Of a stretch of 64,000 nt of DNA, positions 26,300-38,335 are shown piece by piece. The stretch lies in the NCBI GenBank assembly GCA_973895155.1, contig OZ316892.1, positions 22,855,168-22,919,167 of the forward strand. Reading direction: 5' to 3'. The notes under the pieces were generated by a model. That model saw nothing but the letters and a program-made list of their open reading frames with translations, did no database searches and had not been told where the DNA came from. Each line of letters starts with the position of its first letter. Within the stretch, counting starts at the first letter, position 1. Source of the DNA: Marsupella aquatica (lineage: Eukaryota > Plantae > Marchantiophyta). A program made the position numbers and the translations under genes.

Positions 26300-27600
26300 T
26301 TTGCGATGAAACGCCTTAGGATGAGTAGGGATTGATACTCTCACTCATTTACACATAGGCAAAGAACCGGAATCCATCTTTGTTGAGCTCTGTAGTAAAA
26401 TTGACCCTCTGCGTGCAACATGGTCTCAATGACTCAACAATGTTGCCTGGAGAAGACTTAAGCTTCTTTTTCTTGAAGATACCATCTCAGCCCAATGGAA
26501 AGCAAACCAAATTAGTTAGCGGGCTGGAAGGTGTGATCCCGGGGTGTGATCAAACACAACCGTGCCACCCCATCACTCCCATATCACGGATTCGAGCCAG
26601 CTGCTGAAGAAAATTGTCAAAGCTGTCACCAACTTTGGGAGTACATAGGGCATCTTCAAAACTCAAGTTGATGTCTTCAAGACTTACTTGATAGGGTGGA
26701 CAATTTTCTAGCTTTTTTGCAACAGAAATATATCTTACCTTTGAATTTCCTTTGTAATACATGACATCTCTATCTCTTTCATGTTCAAGGCTGTCAAGTG
26801 GTCAAGCTACCAAGGAGACCTCATCATGTTTTTTCTTTTGAATGATCATGTGGGTCAACTGAAAACCAAGTAGCACTGGTAGTTTGCCACATACTGATCC
26901 TTTTTTAAGGACTACATGCAAACAATGCTGTTGGGGCAAACTCAGCTGTTTTGCGCCCCTGTCTGAAGGTTTTGTCAGTCCATAGGGGCATCTTGGACAA
27001 TGTGCCAATCCATCCAGGCATTTCCCAAACAAAGGATGTTGAATGTAACGAGAAATGCCCGGAGAAACAATGCTCCCATGAATAGAGCCCCTGAACCATG
27101 CAAATCCCCTGGACCATGATGCATTGTACACCTTCACTCATTCACAGCCTTCTTGCTTCCAAAAGGTTTCAATGGCAAAGTTTGAATTTCAACATCTCCC
27201 TTGATATCCAACAGATTAGTCTTTCTTGGGCTCATAGAAGTCTCGATAAAAGTGGCTTGGAAATATTTTTCCAACTAGCCTAATATATGTGGTTTTCATG
27301 AAGAATTGAGAGACTTGTGAATTTCTAAAAAATCACTCCATTGCTAGCTGTCCACACTTAGTTTTGTTTCCAAAAGTTTTGTTGGCAGCTAACTTTGACT
27401 TACAGTATCTCCCTGGTACTCAATGGAACCTTACGTCTGGGTTTGTTAGAAACTTCTTGGAAAGATCGTTCCAATGAGCCTAGTGTAGTCAAATTTTATG
27501 GAGAATTGAAAGACCTACATATTCCCAAGATAAGTGTCAGAGTTTCTTGTCACATTTCACTCATCCATATAATATGTACTATTGAGTCAATTGTGAGTGA
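26300..27600 (-). pseudogene. Degenerate coding-like dispersed repeat (copy 2), probable TE remnant
   Basis: Minus-strand ORF fragments (27137-26802, 26762-26550). The distal part is homologous to ~18270-18650. Confidence 0.4.
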
Positions 27601-27960
27601 GGTCAGACAAAGCAACTCGGGCTGGAAAGATATATTGGGGCTGCTTCCAAAAGAGCACGTCTGAGCTTTGATGGATGGGAAAAGGGGCTTAAGGAGCTCA
27701 TAGGAGAAGTTACTAGTGTGTGCCCTCAAGAAGGCCTCAAAGGAGGCTGGTGGAAACCTTACACTTATTAACCCCCACCTTGAGAATGTGGTTAATTTTC
27801 TTACCACATTTCACTCATCCACACAATGTGTATTAGATGAAAAGAAAAGAGAGTTTCACCTCACTCCATCCAGGTTGCAAAAGTCTATTTAAAAGCTATT
27901 TTGCAAACTTTGGGGGGTCCATCCTGGCTTCACTTCCCAGTCAAGGAGAGTGACCCACTA

Positions 27961-28631
27961 TTTTTTTTTGGTGTCTTGAAAGGAAACAAGGAAGAACACT
28001 TAGTAGACTCTCCCCACCCCAATAGTGACATACATCCATTGTACCGAACCCACAGATCCTGACAGAGATTCGCACCAGTTGGGAGAGAAAATCAAATCAG
28101 GGTCACAAAGTGGTCAACCAGGGACTGAGAGGATAATCAGGACTTCCATACTACCCACAAAACCTCTTGGTTCCGGGCTAATCCCTAGCTACTCCCCTAG
28201 CAAACTGACCTAAGCCAGTTGGTTGTGACCCACTACTCTAGACAAAAAAAGAGCACACATATACTTTTTACACCCCTATGTGTGGAAGGAGGATTGAACC
28301 TAGGAATCCCTGGCTAATTCCATAGCCAACTGACCTAAGCCAGTTGGTTGTTACCCACTATTCTAGACAAAAAAAAGACCACACATATACCTTTTACACC
28401 CCTATGTGTGGAATTAAGGGGGATTGAACTTCGTACCTCTCAGTTCCGGGCTAATTCCCTAGCCAACTGAACTAATCCACTTGGTTCTGACCCACTATTC
28501 TAAAAAAAAAAAAAACATGTACACATATACCTTTTACACCCATTGTACCCCCTATGTGTGGAAGGGGGATTGAACCTGAGACCTCTCAGTTGGGGCTAAT
28601 TTCCTGGCCAACTGACCTAAGCCAATTGGTT
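27961..28631 (-). mobile_element. tRNA-derived SINE (family B) plus three tandem copies of its 5' head and flank
   Basis: Poly-T (reverse-strand tail) at 27961. The TSD-like gtgacccacta at 27950 recurs at ~28225, 28350, 28488 and 28632. Each unit ends ...ccaactgacctaagccagttggtt, and the three extra units carry ggattgaac (B box, reverse). The body is homologous to 50887-51781. Confidence 0.8.
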
Positions 28632-29412
28632 GTGAGCCACTATTATAAGACGAAAAAGAAGCTTTGGTTCTGTCATCCAACAGCTACTTTAGAAGGCATC
28701 GCCGACTGAAAGACACTTTTTCGTGCCCTCCCTCAGCCCAAAGTATTCTCTTTCTATTATTGCTACACATTTTTTCCTTTGCAAAGCACAGCTGTTGACT
28801 GACTGCCTGCCTGCAATCGTCGTGTGGAATCCACTCGACCAAATTTGTAATCTCTCGCTGATGGTGGTGAACATGAGAAGACAGTGCAGCTGATCGCAGT
28901 GGGCAGACGAGAAGATTGGCTTCCAAGGAAATCTCCTCGAAATGCAGTGAGGGACAAGGTGCAGATGTGAGTAGACCCAGCAGGAACGAAGTCGCACAGG
29001 AACCCAGAGAGGAAATCGATCGAGGAGGATGCATCACTTGATTCTCCTGTGAATTTGCTTTGCAGCACTGGGGAGCGCTTGGAATGCTGCCACAATGAGG
29101 ATGGAATGAAATGTGCAGTCATTCTCTTTGGAGTCGTTGCTTGTTTCGCGAGATCGGAAGAAAGAGCGCAGGGAGGCAGCAACAAGAAGGCTTGTTGCTA
29201 GGTTTGACAGGGGTTGACGAGGTAGAGAGACAGTATGGATGCTGGGACATGGGTTGGTTGGTCGATTGCCGGCTGCTGGAGTGAGTGTTGTGAATCTGAG
29301 CTGCTCCTCGATTCGCTGGAAGCAGGAGGAATGCACGGTTCTGGGGATTGACAGTCAGAGGTTGTGACAGTGGGAGCAGCAGCAGGAGCAGCAGCATCCC
29401 ACCGAAAACACG

Positions 29413-32400
29413 ATGGGTAGGTCATTATCAAGCCTGGTCAGAATTCAACTTCTCTTGCTGACTTTATGTGTCTGTAGCTTCACGTTTGGGGTCCAGGATG
29501 AGGCATTCGATCCACCTTCTGTGGCGAGAAGTAGGGTGAGTATCACCCCCAAAAAGCAGGTGCAGTACACCAGAGCGGAAGAAGTGAAGAAAAAGTGCCC
29601 TAAATTGATTCCAAGGGAATTGCAACCTGAGGAACAAGCTTGGATGGGCCATTTGTTTCTCAAACGGAGACTGTCTTTTGAATTTGGATATTGGGAGGAA
29701 GCAGAGGCTGGATCCACTCCAATAGTCCCATTCCTTGAATTGAACGATACTGCGCTTCCTGCCAACTTGAAGCTAGCCGCATTTTCGGTCACAGATATTG
29801 CCAACAACGAGAGGCTCAAAGGTACATTGCAGCTGATAATCGTAGATGGGAGAACCCCTTATTTTATGCATCGTTCTCCCGGAGCTTCATTCACCATGCG
29901 TCGAGGGCTTTCGGTGCTAACCATCGAGTTGGAAGGGATTTACCAACCGACCGAGAATGAAGACGTTGTTTGTATGCTGGGATGTGCTTTTCTTCCATCC
30001 CCTGACGGAGGTGTACACTTCCCCAACATCCAGAATTCAGGTGGCTCAAAGGATTTGGAGAAAAACTGTGATATCCAGATTCAGCTCAATTATCCCCTGA
30101 ATTTTAATCTCACATCTCAGATCGTTCGAGGTACAGTTCAAAGCTTAGTTCCTGTCGGGGAGCGATATAATTTCGCCCCAATTACATTTTCTTCTCAAAC
30201 TGCAGCCAGATCCTACGAACCGGCCCCTGCAGAAGTTGTGAACAAAGCCTGTCCTGCTGACGCTTCTTCGGAGTTGGACAGCACTGGCTCTGCGTACAAA
30301 GGGCCTATCGACGATTATTGTGCTATCGCAAACCAATACTTTATGAATTCGCTGCTGGATATTGAGCCCAACTGGATGTGCAATGGGACGACTCAGAACT
30401 GCCGGAGGATTGGCCCATTTTCGAGCTACGCAGAGGGCACTGCTTATCAGGCGGATTACAACACGAGGAGGGCGCGAATTCTGGTGCAACAGTCCGTGTC
30501 TAATCCGTGCTACCTTGTGGATGAGGAGACCCCTTTAACTCTTATTCTTCGTCTTGTCCCTGCCGCTGAGGACGAGTTTACTGCTCGCCAGAGTTCTGGC
30601 TTGGACGGCCACACTCTCGTGGCGGAGGGTTACTTGACCAATCGCTCAAGCACGCTCTGCATGATTGCTTGTAAAGTAGACAGTGCTACTGGTCAGACGG
30701 ATGATTGCAATTACAGAGTCACTCTCCACGTCCCTCTCATTCTTTCCATCGAACAGCGTAATGTCTACGAGGGCAGCATTTCTAGCCTTCTTGCCCTAAA
30801 CCACTCTGAGTCATTCTTTCCCCTTGCGTTCTATTCTAAACTGGATCTGAACAACCGAAATCTGCCTGATGGATACCGCTCAGCCCTGCGTTACAATTAC
30901 ACCAGAATTGAATTGGCTGAAGCTGTTTTAAGTAAGTACGAGCCAGAATCCAGGTCCAAACTGAAGACACCCTGGTTTAAGTATCCTACGCTCATCGGAG
31001 AGGCAGATGGCCACTATCAGTCCCTAGCAGACGATCTGAACTTCCATAGCAACCTGAGCCCTAGTCAAGGGCAGTGGAGTATCATAAATTTTGATCTAGT
31101 AGCCATGGATAAGTATCTCCCTTTCCTTTATTCTGGGTTTCTTGAAGTGAATGATCTTGTAGGACCTGTGAATGACACCATCGTGACCAAAACTGAACCG
31201 AGGCCAAATCGTCGCCAAGAGGCTAGGAAGTATCTGAATTGCTCTGGTACATTGAACTTCGTGGGGGAGATGGGGGATGGCGAGGAGAACACGCTGACTA
31301 TCTTCACCGAAGGATTTTACAATCCTTTGGATGGACAGATGTACATGGTGGGATGCCGAACTATCAAGGATTCTTGGGAGCAGATTGCTCACGGTTCTGA
31401 CGACCTCGTTGAAGGGATGGACTGTGAGATTGAGGTTGTCTTGCAGTACCCTACGACTTTATCTGCATGGCTGCTGAATCCAGGTGTGAAAGTGAAGGTG
31501 CACAGCAATCGCCCTGTCACTAATGAATTCCATTTCGACGATGTCGAGGCTGAGACATACCCCATTTTCTACAAACGACAACGGGAACAGGTGATTACAT
31601 TTAAGAGCTTCGAAGCAGCTCTAAGTGTTCTCGCTCTCAGCCTGACCTTGATATGCATTGTCGGTCAGTTGACGTACCTTGGAAATCATGGGGAATCCAC
31701 TTCATACATCTCCCTCTCCATGCTGGGCGCTCAGGGTATGGGATATGCAATCCCCCTGATTACTGGTGCTGAATCTTTGCTGGCAAGAAAGTTTGATTAT
31801 AGAGAGGACCACTTTTTTCGAGAGAGCGGTTTAGTTGAGATGATTGTATATGTGGACAAAATTCTTACGTTGGTGGCTCTTCTACTCTTCTTACGCATCT
31901 TCGAGAAGGTTTGGAGAGAGAGGAGATCACTCTCTGAACTGGGGGATGCAGGGATAGTCCCCCGTGATCGGAGCGTGTTTGTGATCTGTTTTATTATCCA
32001 TGCTATAGGGTTCGTTTCAGTGATGGGTCTTCACTCTCGACACTCTCGGACCAGGGTTGAGATTGCGAATCCTAAACCAGCTGTCGAAACTTTGATAATG
32101 GAAGAAAGCATCAATCAGCTTTGGCCTGTTGACAATAGGTTTGATGGGATCCGGAGAGGACCTATGTGGCAGGTCTCACAGGAATACACAGGGCTCATTG
32201 AGGACCTGTTTTTGCTACCACAAGTAGTGGGATTCGGCCTGTGGGACGTCACTGGGAAGCCATTGAGAAAGTCCTTCTTTGTGGGGTTAACTCTTCTGCA
32301 AATAGTGCCTCATGTCTATGACTACCTTCGTCCCACCCGTTTCGGCTCTCCTATCTATGCAAACCCTGAATTTGACTTCTACACAGATGTGGGCAACATT

Positions 32401-32583
32401 TTGATACCAGCTCTAGCTTTGATTCTTGCTCTGCTGGTTTTCTGTCAGCAAAGATGGAAGGGGTTTCTCCGGTTGCCAAGAAGGTTCCTTTACCAACCGT
32501 TGGGAACGAAGAGTAGCGAGACAGAGCTCGTCTCAACAAAGGGTCGAAACCATTTGCCTCCCATCCCAGAAGATGATGAATAG
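29413..32583 (+). CDS. DUF2921 family multi-pass membrane protein (1056 aa, intronless)
   Basis: Long ORF with a signal peptide, a large lumenal domain (LEGIY, CMLG, TLVAEG, LCMIAC, EGFYNPLDGQMYMVGCR, DCEIEVVLQYP) and a C-terminal multi-TM region (YISLSMLGAQGMGYAIPLITGAE, GLIEDLFLLPQV, PHVYD, QQRW). Confidence 0.9.
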   Translation: MGRSLSSLVRIQLLLLTLCVCSFTFGVQDEAFDPPSVARSRVSITPKKQVQYTRAEEVKKKCPKLIPRELQPEEQAWMGHLFLKRRLSFEFGYWEEAEAGSTPIVPFLELNDTALPANLKLAAFSVTDIANNERLKGTLQLIIVDGRTPYFMHRSPGASFTMRRGLSVLTIELEGIYQPTENEDVVCMLGCAFLPSPDGGVHFPNIQNSGGSKDLEKNCDIQIQLNYPLNFNLTSQIVRGTVQSLVPVGERYNFAPITFSSQTAARSYEPAPAEVVNKACPADASSELDSTGSAYKGPIDDYCAIANQYFMNSLLDIEPNWMCNGTTQNCRRIGPFSSYAEGTAYQADYNTRRARILVQQSVSNPCYLVDEETPLTLILRLVPAAEDEFTARQSSGLDGHTLVAEGYLTNRSSTLCMIACKVDSATGQTDDCNYRVTLHVPLILSIEQRNVYEGSISSLLALNHSESFFPLAFYSKLDLNNRNLPDGYRSALRYNYTRIELAEAVLSKYEPESRSKLKTPWFKYPTLIGEADGHYQSLADDLNFHSNLSPSQGQWSIINFDLVAMDKYLPFLYSGFLEVNDLVGPVNDTIVTKTEPRPNRRQEARKYLNCSGTLNFVGEMGDGEENTLTIFTEGFYNPLDGQMYMVGCRTIKDSWEQIAHGSDDLVEGMDCEIEVVLQYPTTLSAWLLNPGVKVKVHSNRPVTNEFHFDDVEAETYPIFYKRQREQVITFKSFEAALSVLALSLTLICIVGQLTYLGNHGESTSYISLSMLGAQGMGYAIPLITGAESLLARKFDYREDHFFRESGLVEMIVYVDKILTLVALLLFLRIFEKVWRERRSLSELGDAGIVPRDRSVFVICFIIHAIGFVSVMGLHSRHSRTRVEIANPKPAVETLIMEESINQLWPVDNRFDGIRRGPMWQVSQEYTGLIEDLFLLPQVVGFGLWDVTGKPLRKSFFVGLTLLQIVPHVYDYLRPTRFGSPIYANPEFDFYTDVGNILIPALALILALLVFCQQRWKGFLRLPRRFLYQPLGTKSSETELVSTKGRNHLPPIPEDDE

Positions 32584-35500
32584 TTGATTGTAATTCTATT
32601 GTTGCTCGTATATGTTAGTGCAGGGACCTTATGTACTTTGGCATAGCACAAGATTGTAGAAAAGTCAGCCATGGGTTAAAATTTCATGCTTCATCGATGT
32701 CTTATTGCACTCTGTAGAAATGGCAGTTAGTGCCATCGACTTAGATTAGTCTCTACTGTACACAATTTACTCCTATGAAGGGATCACGTCAGATAGAGCA
32801 GGTCTTCCCAGCCGATACATTAGACACTCCCATCTTTGGATCCTCTACCGGGGCTTCAAAAGGAGATGTCCTGTCTTGATCCACCATTGACTTATCGTCC
32901 TAGATGCACACCGCATCACTGTGAAGGGATTATCGTGATCGCATTATGTCTGTCTTGGGGGTCTGGATTGAGCAGGAGCATGCCTGGCAGTGTGTCGGGG
33001 GTTCATACTAATCAGGTCTGCCAACCTCACATGTTTACAATTCACTGCAGCAGGATTGCAGCAGGTATTATGATACTCACTACCATTGAAGTCCGATGCG
33101 AGAAATTTTCATGTACACGGTTATAGAATTTTTTTTCTCAGATCACAGGAAGTTGCCTGCCTCTAATCCTTGTTGTGTGGCGTTCACCTAAGGATAAATT
33201 CGAGATCACTCAAAGTCCGACTCCTTGCCTCTAGCTTCTCTGTCAAACGTTGGTTTCTTGTTTCGTCATATGTACTTTGAAATCTATTTTATAATATTGG
33301 ATAGAGTCTCCTTCTTTTTGACGTTTTTCTTCAAATTAGATTTCCTCACTCCAGAATTTCTTCTGGACGTGTATAACGAGCGCGCACTCGCTTTGTAAAG
33401 CACCAAGGAACTTCTCTGCGCATATTTTCTGATGTGACGTATTATTATTTCCGACTACTCTACTCTCGCAAACCGTTTCGAGAGTTTGAGCTCCCATTAC
33501 TTTATTTCACTTTGTTAGACAATTATTACACCTCCATAGTGGTATGGTGTGAGGAGGAGAATCCTTGAGAAGACGGCAGTGTAAAATCGTCATCTCTCAA
33601 TCGAAATTGCTCGCGTAAACCTATATATAAAATCCGTGCCCTGGGTTTGGAGCGGCACAGGTCGTGTGGTTGTGACCAAATCGTCGTTGGTCACGGATCT
33701 GGTAAAGGCTACTCGTCACATTTTGGAGAAGGTTTAACTGTTTGTCTCGAGCAAAGCTGTGGGTTCAATCGATCTCCCGATCCCAAAGTCCTTACCTACA
33801 TTTCATTCTTGTCCGCCAATGTTCAGTTAAAATCACTTTCTGCTTGTTTTGATCTTTCTCTTACATTGCTCATTCCTCTGTTGCTATACTTGGGAAAATT
33901 TTCCTCAATGTTCAAATCTATGAAGGGGTCTTTGTTTCAATCCTACTCTCATTGTTATTCACTGGGAGATACTCTAAATCGGTTCAACATAGGCCACCAT
34001 GAACAAGTCTCTCAGGTTGGGTCCTGTCAATGCAATGAAGGATTGTTTCTCGTCCCTTCCCTTCCCTGCCGTTCCCTTCCATTTCTTACTTTCTGCGCTT
34101 CCCTTCCCTTCCCATCTACCCCAGAAAAATGCCTCCAATGCATACATTCCTTGGTAGCTTCTTCAGATTGTAGAGCATTGCCCCACCGTTTCCCATCCCT
34201 CTAAACTGTAAACTGCGAATTTCCAGTTTTTCAGGCATCAACGGCAGCGGGTGCTTCTCGTGTATAATAAATAGAGATGCCAGAGCGCTGGAACAGCAGA
34301 GGCCATGGCCGAAGGAAAAGTTAAAAGGACGCACGGTGTGGCTGCCCACCCTTGATCTAGATGGCGCCGACCTCCTGCCTCGGGCGAAAAGCAAAAGAAA
34401 AACGGATAGCGGATTTTTTAGCAGAGGGCAACCAATGTAAGCTTCGAATCTTGTAAAAAGGTTTTAGTGATATGCCGGATATATAGCTGTAGGGCGATGA
34501 TTGGTTAAGAAGGTTTACATTCCTTTAATTTACCGTGTCCTTCGCTGAATCATAGTCTCTTCGTGTCGAAAACACTTCAGATCCATGTAATACAAGTAAC
34601 GAAACTCCTACAAATCATAAACGAAACCACAGGTACTAAGCTAGAGAAGGCAAGACAAGAATGGACCTGTGCCACAGGTCTGCATGCTGGCGTGTAACTG
34701 GTCAGCCAGTGCAGTGGACAGTTTCCACTTTACAGTTCATCATGATAAGCTAGCTCACAGATGCACTTCATCCATAAAACTGAAATGTGATCACCTTCAG
34801 AGAAACTAGGAATCCTAAGTAGGAAAGGAGGACAAGAGATCGCAAACCAATATTTCAGGCTCGGAATTATTTGAGGCCTCAGCATGTTGAAAAGCTACAG
34901 TTTATTTGCTGCTCCCAGCTTCAACTTCATGAACGTACTGTACGTACTCGTTAAAGTTCTTGCGATGAAGCTCATCCAGCTAACAAATCGAGCTTTACAT
35001 GCCCGGTCCTTCCCAACTACAGCCAGGTGGCCACGTTGTCTACAGAAGGACTGAGCTTATTATTGAAGGCTCTACGGTGGGGGTGGTACCGATTATTATT
35101 CTACATAATTATGTATTCTTGTATTCTTGTATTCGTCAGACAGTCAATATATTTCTTATTGACTGCTGCAGTAGGAAAAAAAAAGAGAAGCAAAGCTGAC
35201 TGCATGCTCCATCGTTGTACTAGCTAGTCTTCTCTCTATCTAACTACATCCGATTGATCTATCCGCAGTCAGGATGCACTCTGAGCAGTGCCTCCAACTC
35301 AAAACTCGATCAACCCTGATGAGTTGAAAAAGGCGGTAAAGAGCTGATGTGTCCCAAACTGGTACTTCAGTGAACATATATAGTCACTGGTATCTCTGGG
35401 CTCAATAGAAGGTTGTGAAAGCGTTTGAAACTCGAATTAAGCCCATCATACTATTCATAAGATCTCGTCCGTCATGCATCCAAGCCCAACATCTCCTCCG

Positions 35501-36408
35501 TATCTCCCACCTTCTTTCAGAATACAAGCAATTAGCGGCTGCCAGGCACCGGGGTACCTACATTTGTGCAGACAAACTCAGCACTGTCAGGATAGAAACA
35601 TACACAACGCCGAGATGAACTGTGCAGCATAGTTAATATAAATCAACAACAGTATATGTTCGTCAAAGAACAGGAATACTCAAAATAATCGCGTTTTCCA
35701 CAAGGTTCCAGACAGTGAATGCCACAGTTCCCCCCCTGGTCCCAGACATTTACTGTTTCAGCTCGTCTTGCGTACATCTCCCTTCCATATCGATTCTCAT
35801 ATGGCCAAAGCGGAACACACATCTTATTACATATCCAATCCGAGGAGAACAACGGAGCGCAAGATCACTTAAATGGTCTGTCCACGTCCAACGTACAGAA
35901 AGCTGTAGAATCACCAAACGTTCAGACGAGAGGCAGCCTGGTGTAATATATTTCTACTGTAACTCCCAATAAGTAAGGCACTGTAGAAAAGGCTCGATCA
36001 GCAGAAGGCGGAAACCGGAAACAATCTGTGGTACAACTAGAAAGGCCGACCAAGTGGTCAATCGCGAGTATCGTGGTTCAACTGAAGAACAAAACTTCAT
36101 AATGCATATCTATTTTCTGTCCCGCTTGGAAGCAATTAATGGGTTGTAATCGCAGTGAGACTCAGAACAGCTCTCGTCTAGCTTGTTACTTCCTTTCGGG
36201 TCTACCGCACCATAGTACCGAATCATCGAAGATGCGAAAATCATTCGGTCCACGCACCGCAGAGAAGCAAAACAAAGAGTAAGAGTAACAAACGGTGCTG
36301 AGGTGTGTCGTCATTAAGTAAAACTCAGCCCGGCCAGGAAAAAACGCACAAACGGTCTTGGAGAGTAATTCAAACAGTGTACGTCGCCGCTTGCATTGCC
36401 AAACAAAT

Positions 36409-36540
36409 AAATATAATTATGTGAATGGCCTACACGCAATAGCATGGAACGATGTAGATCGAGGACGAGAGAGCAAATATAATTATGTGAATGGCCTACA
36501 CGCAATAGCATGGAACGATGTAGATCGAGGACGAGAGAGC
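36409..36540. repeat. Perfect 66-bp tandem duplication in the LTP 3' region
   Basis: aaatataattatgtgaatggcc...gaggacgagagagc is repeated exactly at 36409-36474 and 36475-36540. Confidence 0.95.
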
Positions 36541-36553
36541 ATTTAATTAATGA

Positions 36554-37017
36554 CTAACTCTTGCTGCAAGGAGCACGGTCGGCTAACCGCTGCTGTCCTG
36601 CAGATTCCAACGGATTATTACTACATTACTGGTAACGGTCATTGGTCTGTCTGGAAGGAGCAGCATTGAATTAGCTCTCTCGTAAGCGAAACCAGAATGA
36701 TCTGAGTTCATACCGTTGCACATGGTGTGAGGAGCGACCTGACGCCCACAAGCCTTTGGTAAGGCTAGCGCCTTGTGAAAATCGACAGTAACGCCTGGCA
36801 TCGGATTGGGGTTCTTGGCTGCGTTGCAGAGGCAGTCCGCGCTCAGTGTCGTCACCAACTTACAGCACTGCCCTCCCTTGGCTGGATTCCCTGCAGACGG
36901 CGAATTTACGTATGGCAGGCAAGGGGAGAACTGCATCACGGGTGGGCACTGGCCAGATGCAACCACCAGCATGGCCATCAGCGTTACCGCCACAGCCAGC
37001 ATCACCTTCGTCGCCAT
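36554..37017 (-). CDS. Non-specific lipid transfer protein, type D-like
   Basis: Signal peptide MATKVMLAVAVTLMAMLVVASG and the eight-cysteine motif C..C..CC..CLC..C..C. A GT-AG intron (36713-36598) starts 4 nt after the last Cys codon, as in type D LTPs. Exon 2 is 36597-36554. Confidence 0.88.
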
Positions 37018-37185
37018 CTTCTGCGAGTCACAAACCGTGACAAGGAGGACCACTTGGCAATCGATCTCTGGAAGCAAAGCAATTCACTGTAAACAAAAGT
37101 CGAATGGCCACAACTATAGCTGCACAAACAAAGATCTCTGAACGCCCTCAATTCTCAATGGAAAGAATCGACTCGGGAACTGGGC

Positions 37186-37192
37186 ATTTATA
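37186..37192 (-). promoter_or_regulatory. Putative TATA box of the LTP gene
   Basis: TATAAAT on the minus strand ~170 bp upstream of the ATG. Confidence 0.45.
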
Positions 37193-37829
37193 ACGAACCT
37201 TGAAGGTTGAATATATGTGCAGCACTGGTCTTCCGTTCCTAGTTCCTACGTGGTACCCGGCAGCCTTCTCGATCAGCGGTCGGCCATGCAAATCTCCAGA
37301 GCTCCAGATCAGTGCACTCACCTGTACTACGTGTATTGCAGGTTACAATCGATCACTTTCAATGTCAATTGAGCTCATCGATCGAAGCTTCGAGCTCGAC
37401 CGGACCATGCATGTATAGCAAGTATCACCGGGCAGGTACCCGTACTGTACAGCAAATTGAAATCCTGTTACATCTGAGAATTTGTTGCCGAAGAGAGATC
37501 TCAGGACGATATGGCAGCTAGCGACATCAAACTAATACAGCGAGTTGATCGAGCAAGTCATTCAATTGAGAGCAACCTGTTATCAGTCCCTAAATTGAAC
37601 ATTCCAAATCACTGTACCACGATATTGACTGGCACCATCAGAGGCCTCGACCCTCCATGTGGCCATCATTTTTGAGGTTGTTAACTTCATGGGTTCTCAG
37701 ACACTCCACTCCCATTAGTTGTTGTCAGGGGTCTCGTTGAAGAATGAGAAAATGCTATCAGACAGTCACATCAGCTAAATTTACTCTTGGCCAATTCTCT
37801 CGGTGCCCTTGCCAGGTTGGAAATTTCCC

Positions 37830-38335
37830 ATTTGGCTGATCTCGCTGAGTCACTATTTCAACTTGTTGGCCTTGATAAGAGCATCTCGAACCGACCGAAG
37901 GGGTTTTGTTAATGTAATGGGACCAAATTCATTAAAATGCAAAAGTCAGGTCCAACCCACTCAATGAAACTATATGGGGTTTTCAGGAATGGAGTTTCTT
38001 GGCCCACTCAGCTGATCTCACTTTTTCACTTGTTGACCTTGATAAGAGCATCATTCTCCAACCGGAGGGGTTTTGTTGCTGTAATGGGACCAAATTCAAT
38101 ATAATGCAAAAGTCAAGTCCAACCCACTCAATGGAACTCTGCGGGGTTTCCAGGAAAGGGGTATCTTGGCGGCCCACTCAGCTGATCTCACTTTTTCACG
38201 TGTTGGCCTTGATGAGTGTATCTCCAACTGAAGGAGTTTTGTTACTGTAATGGGACCAAATTCAGTAAAATGCAAAAGTCGGGTCCAACCCACTCAATGG
38301 AACTCTATGGGGTTTCCAGGAATGGAGTTTCTTGG
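37830..38335 (+). repeat. ~170-bp tandem repeat, 3 copies
   Basis: tgtaatgggaccaaattca...tgcaaaagtc...tccaacccactcaatg recurs at ~37913, 38081 and 38246. Confidence 0.9.
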
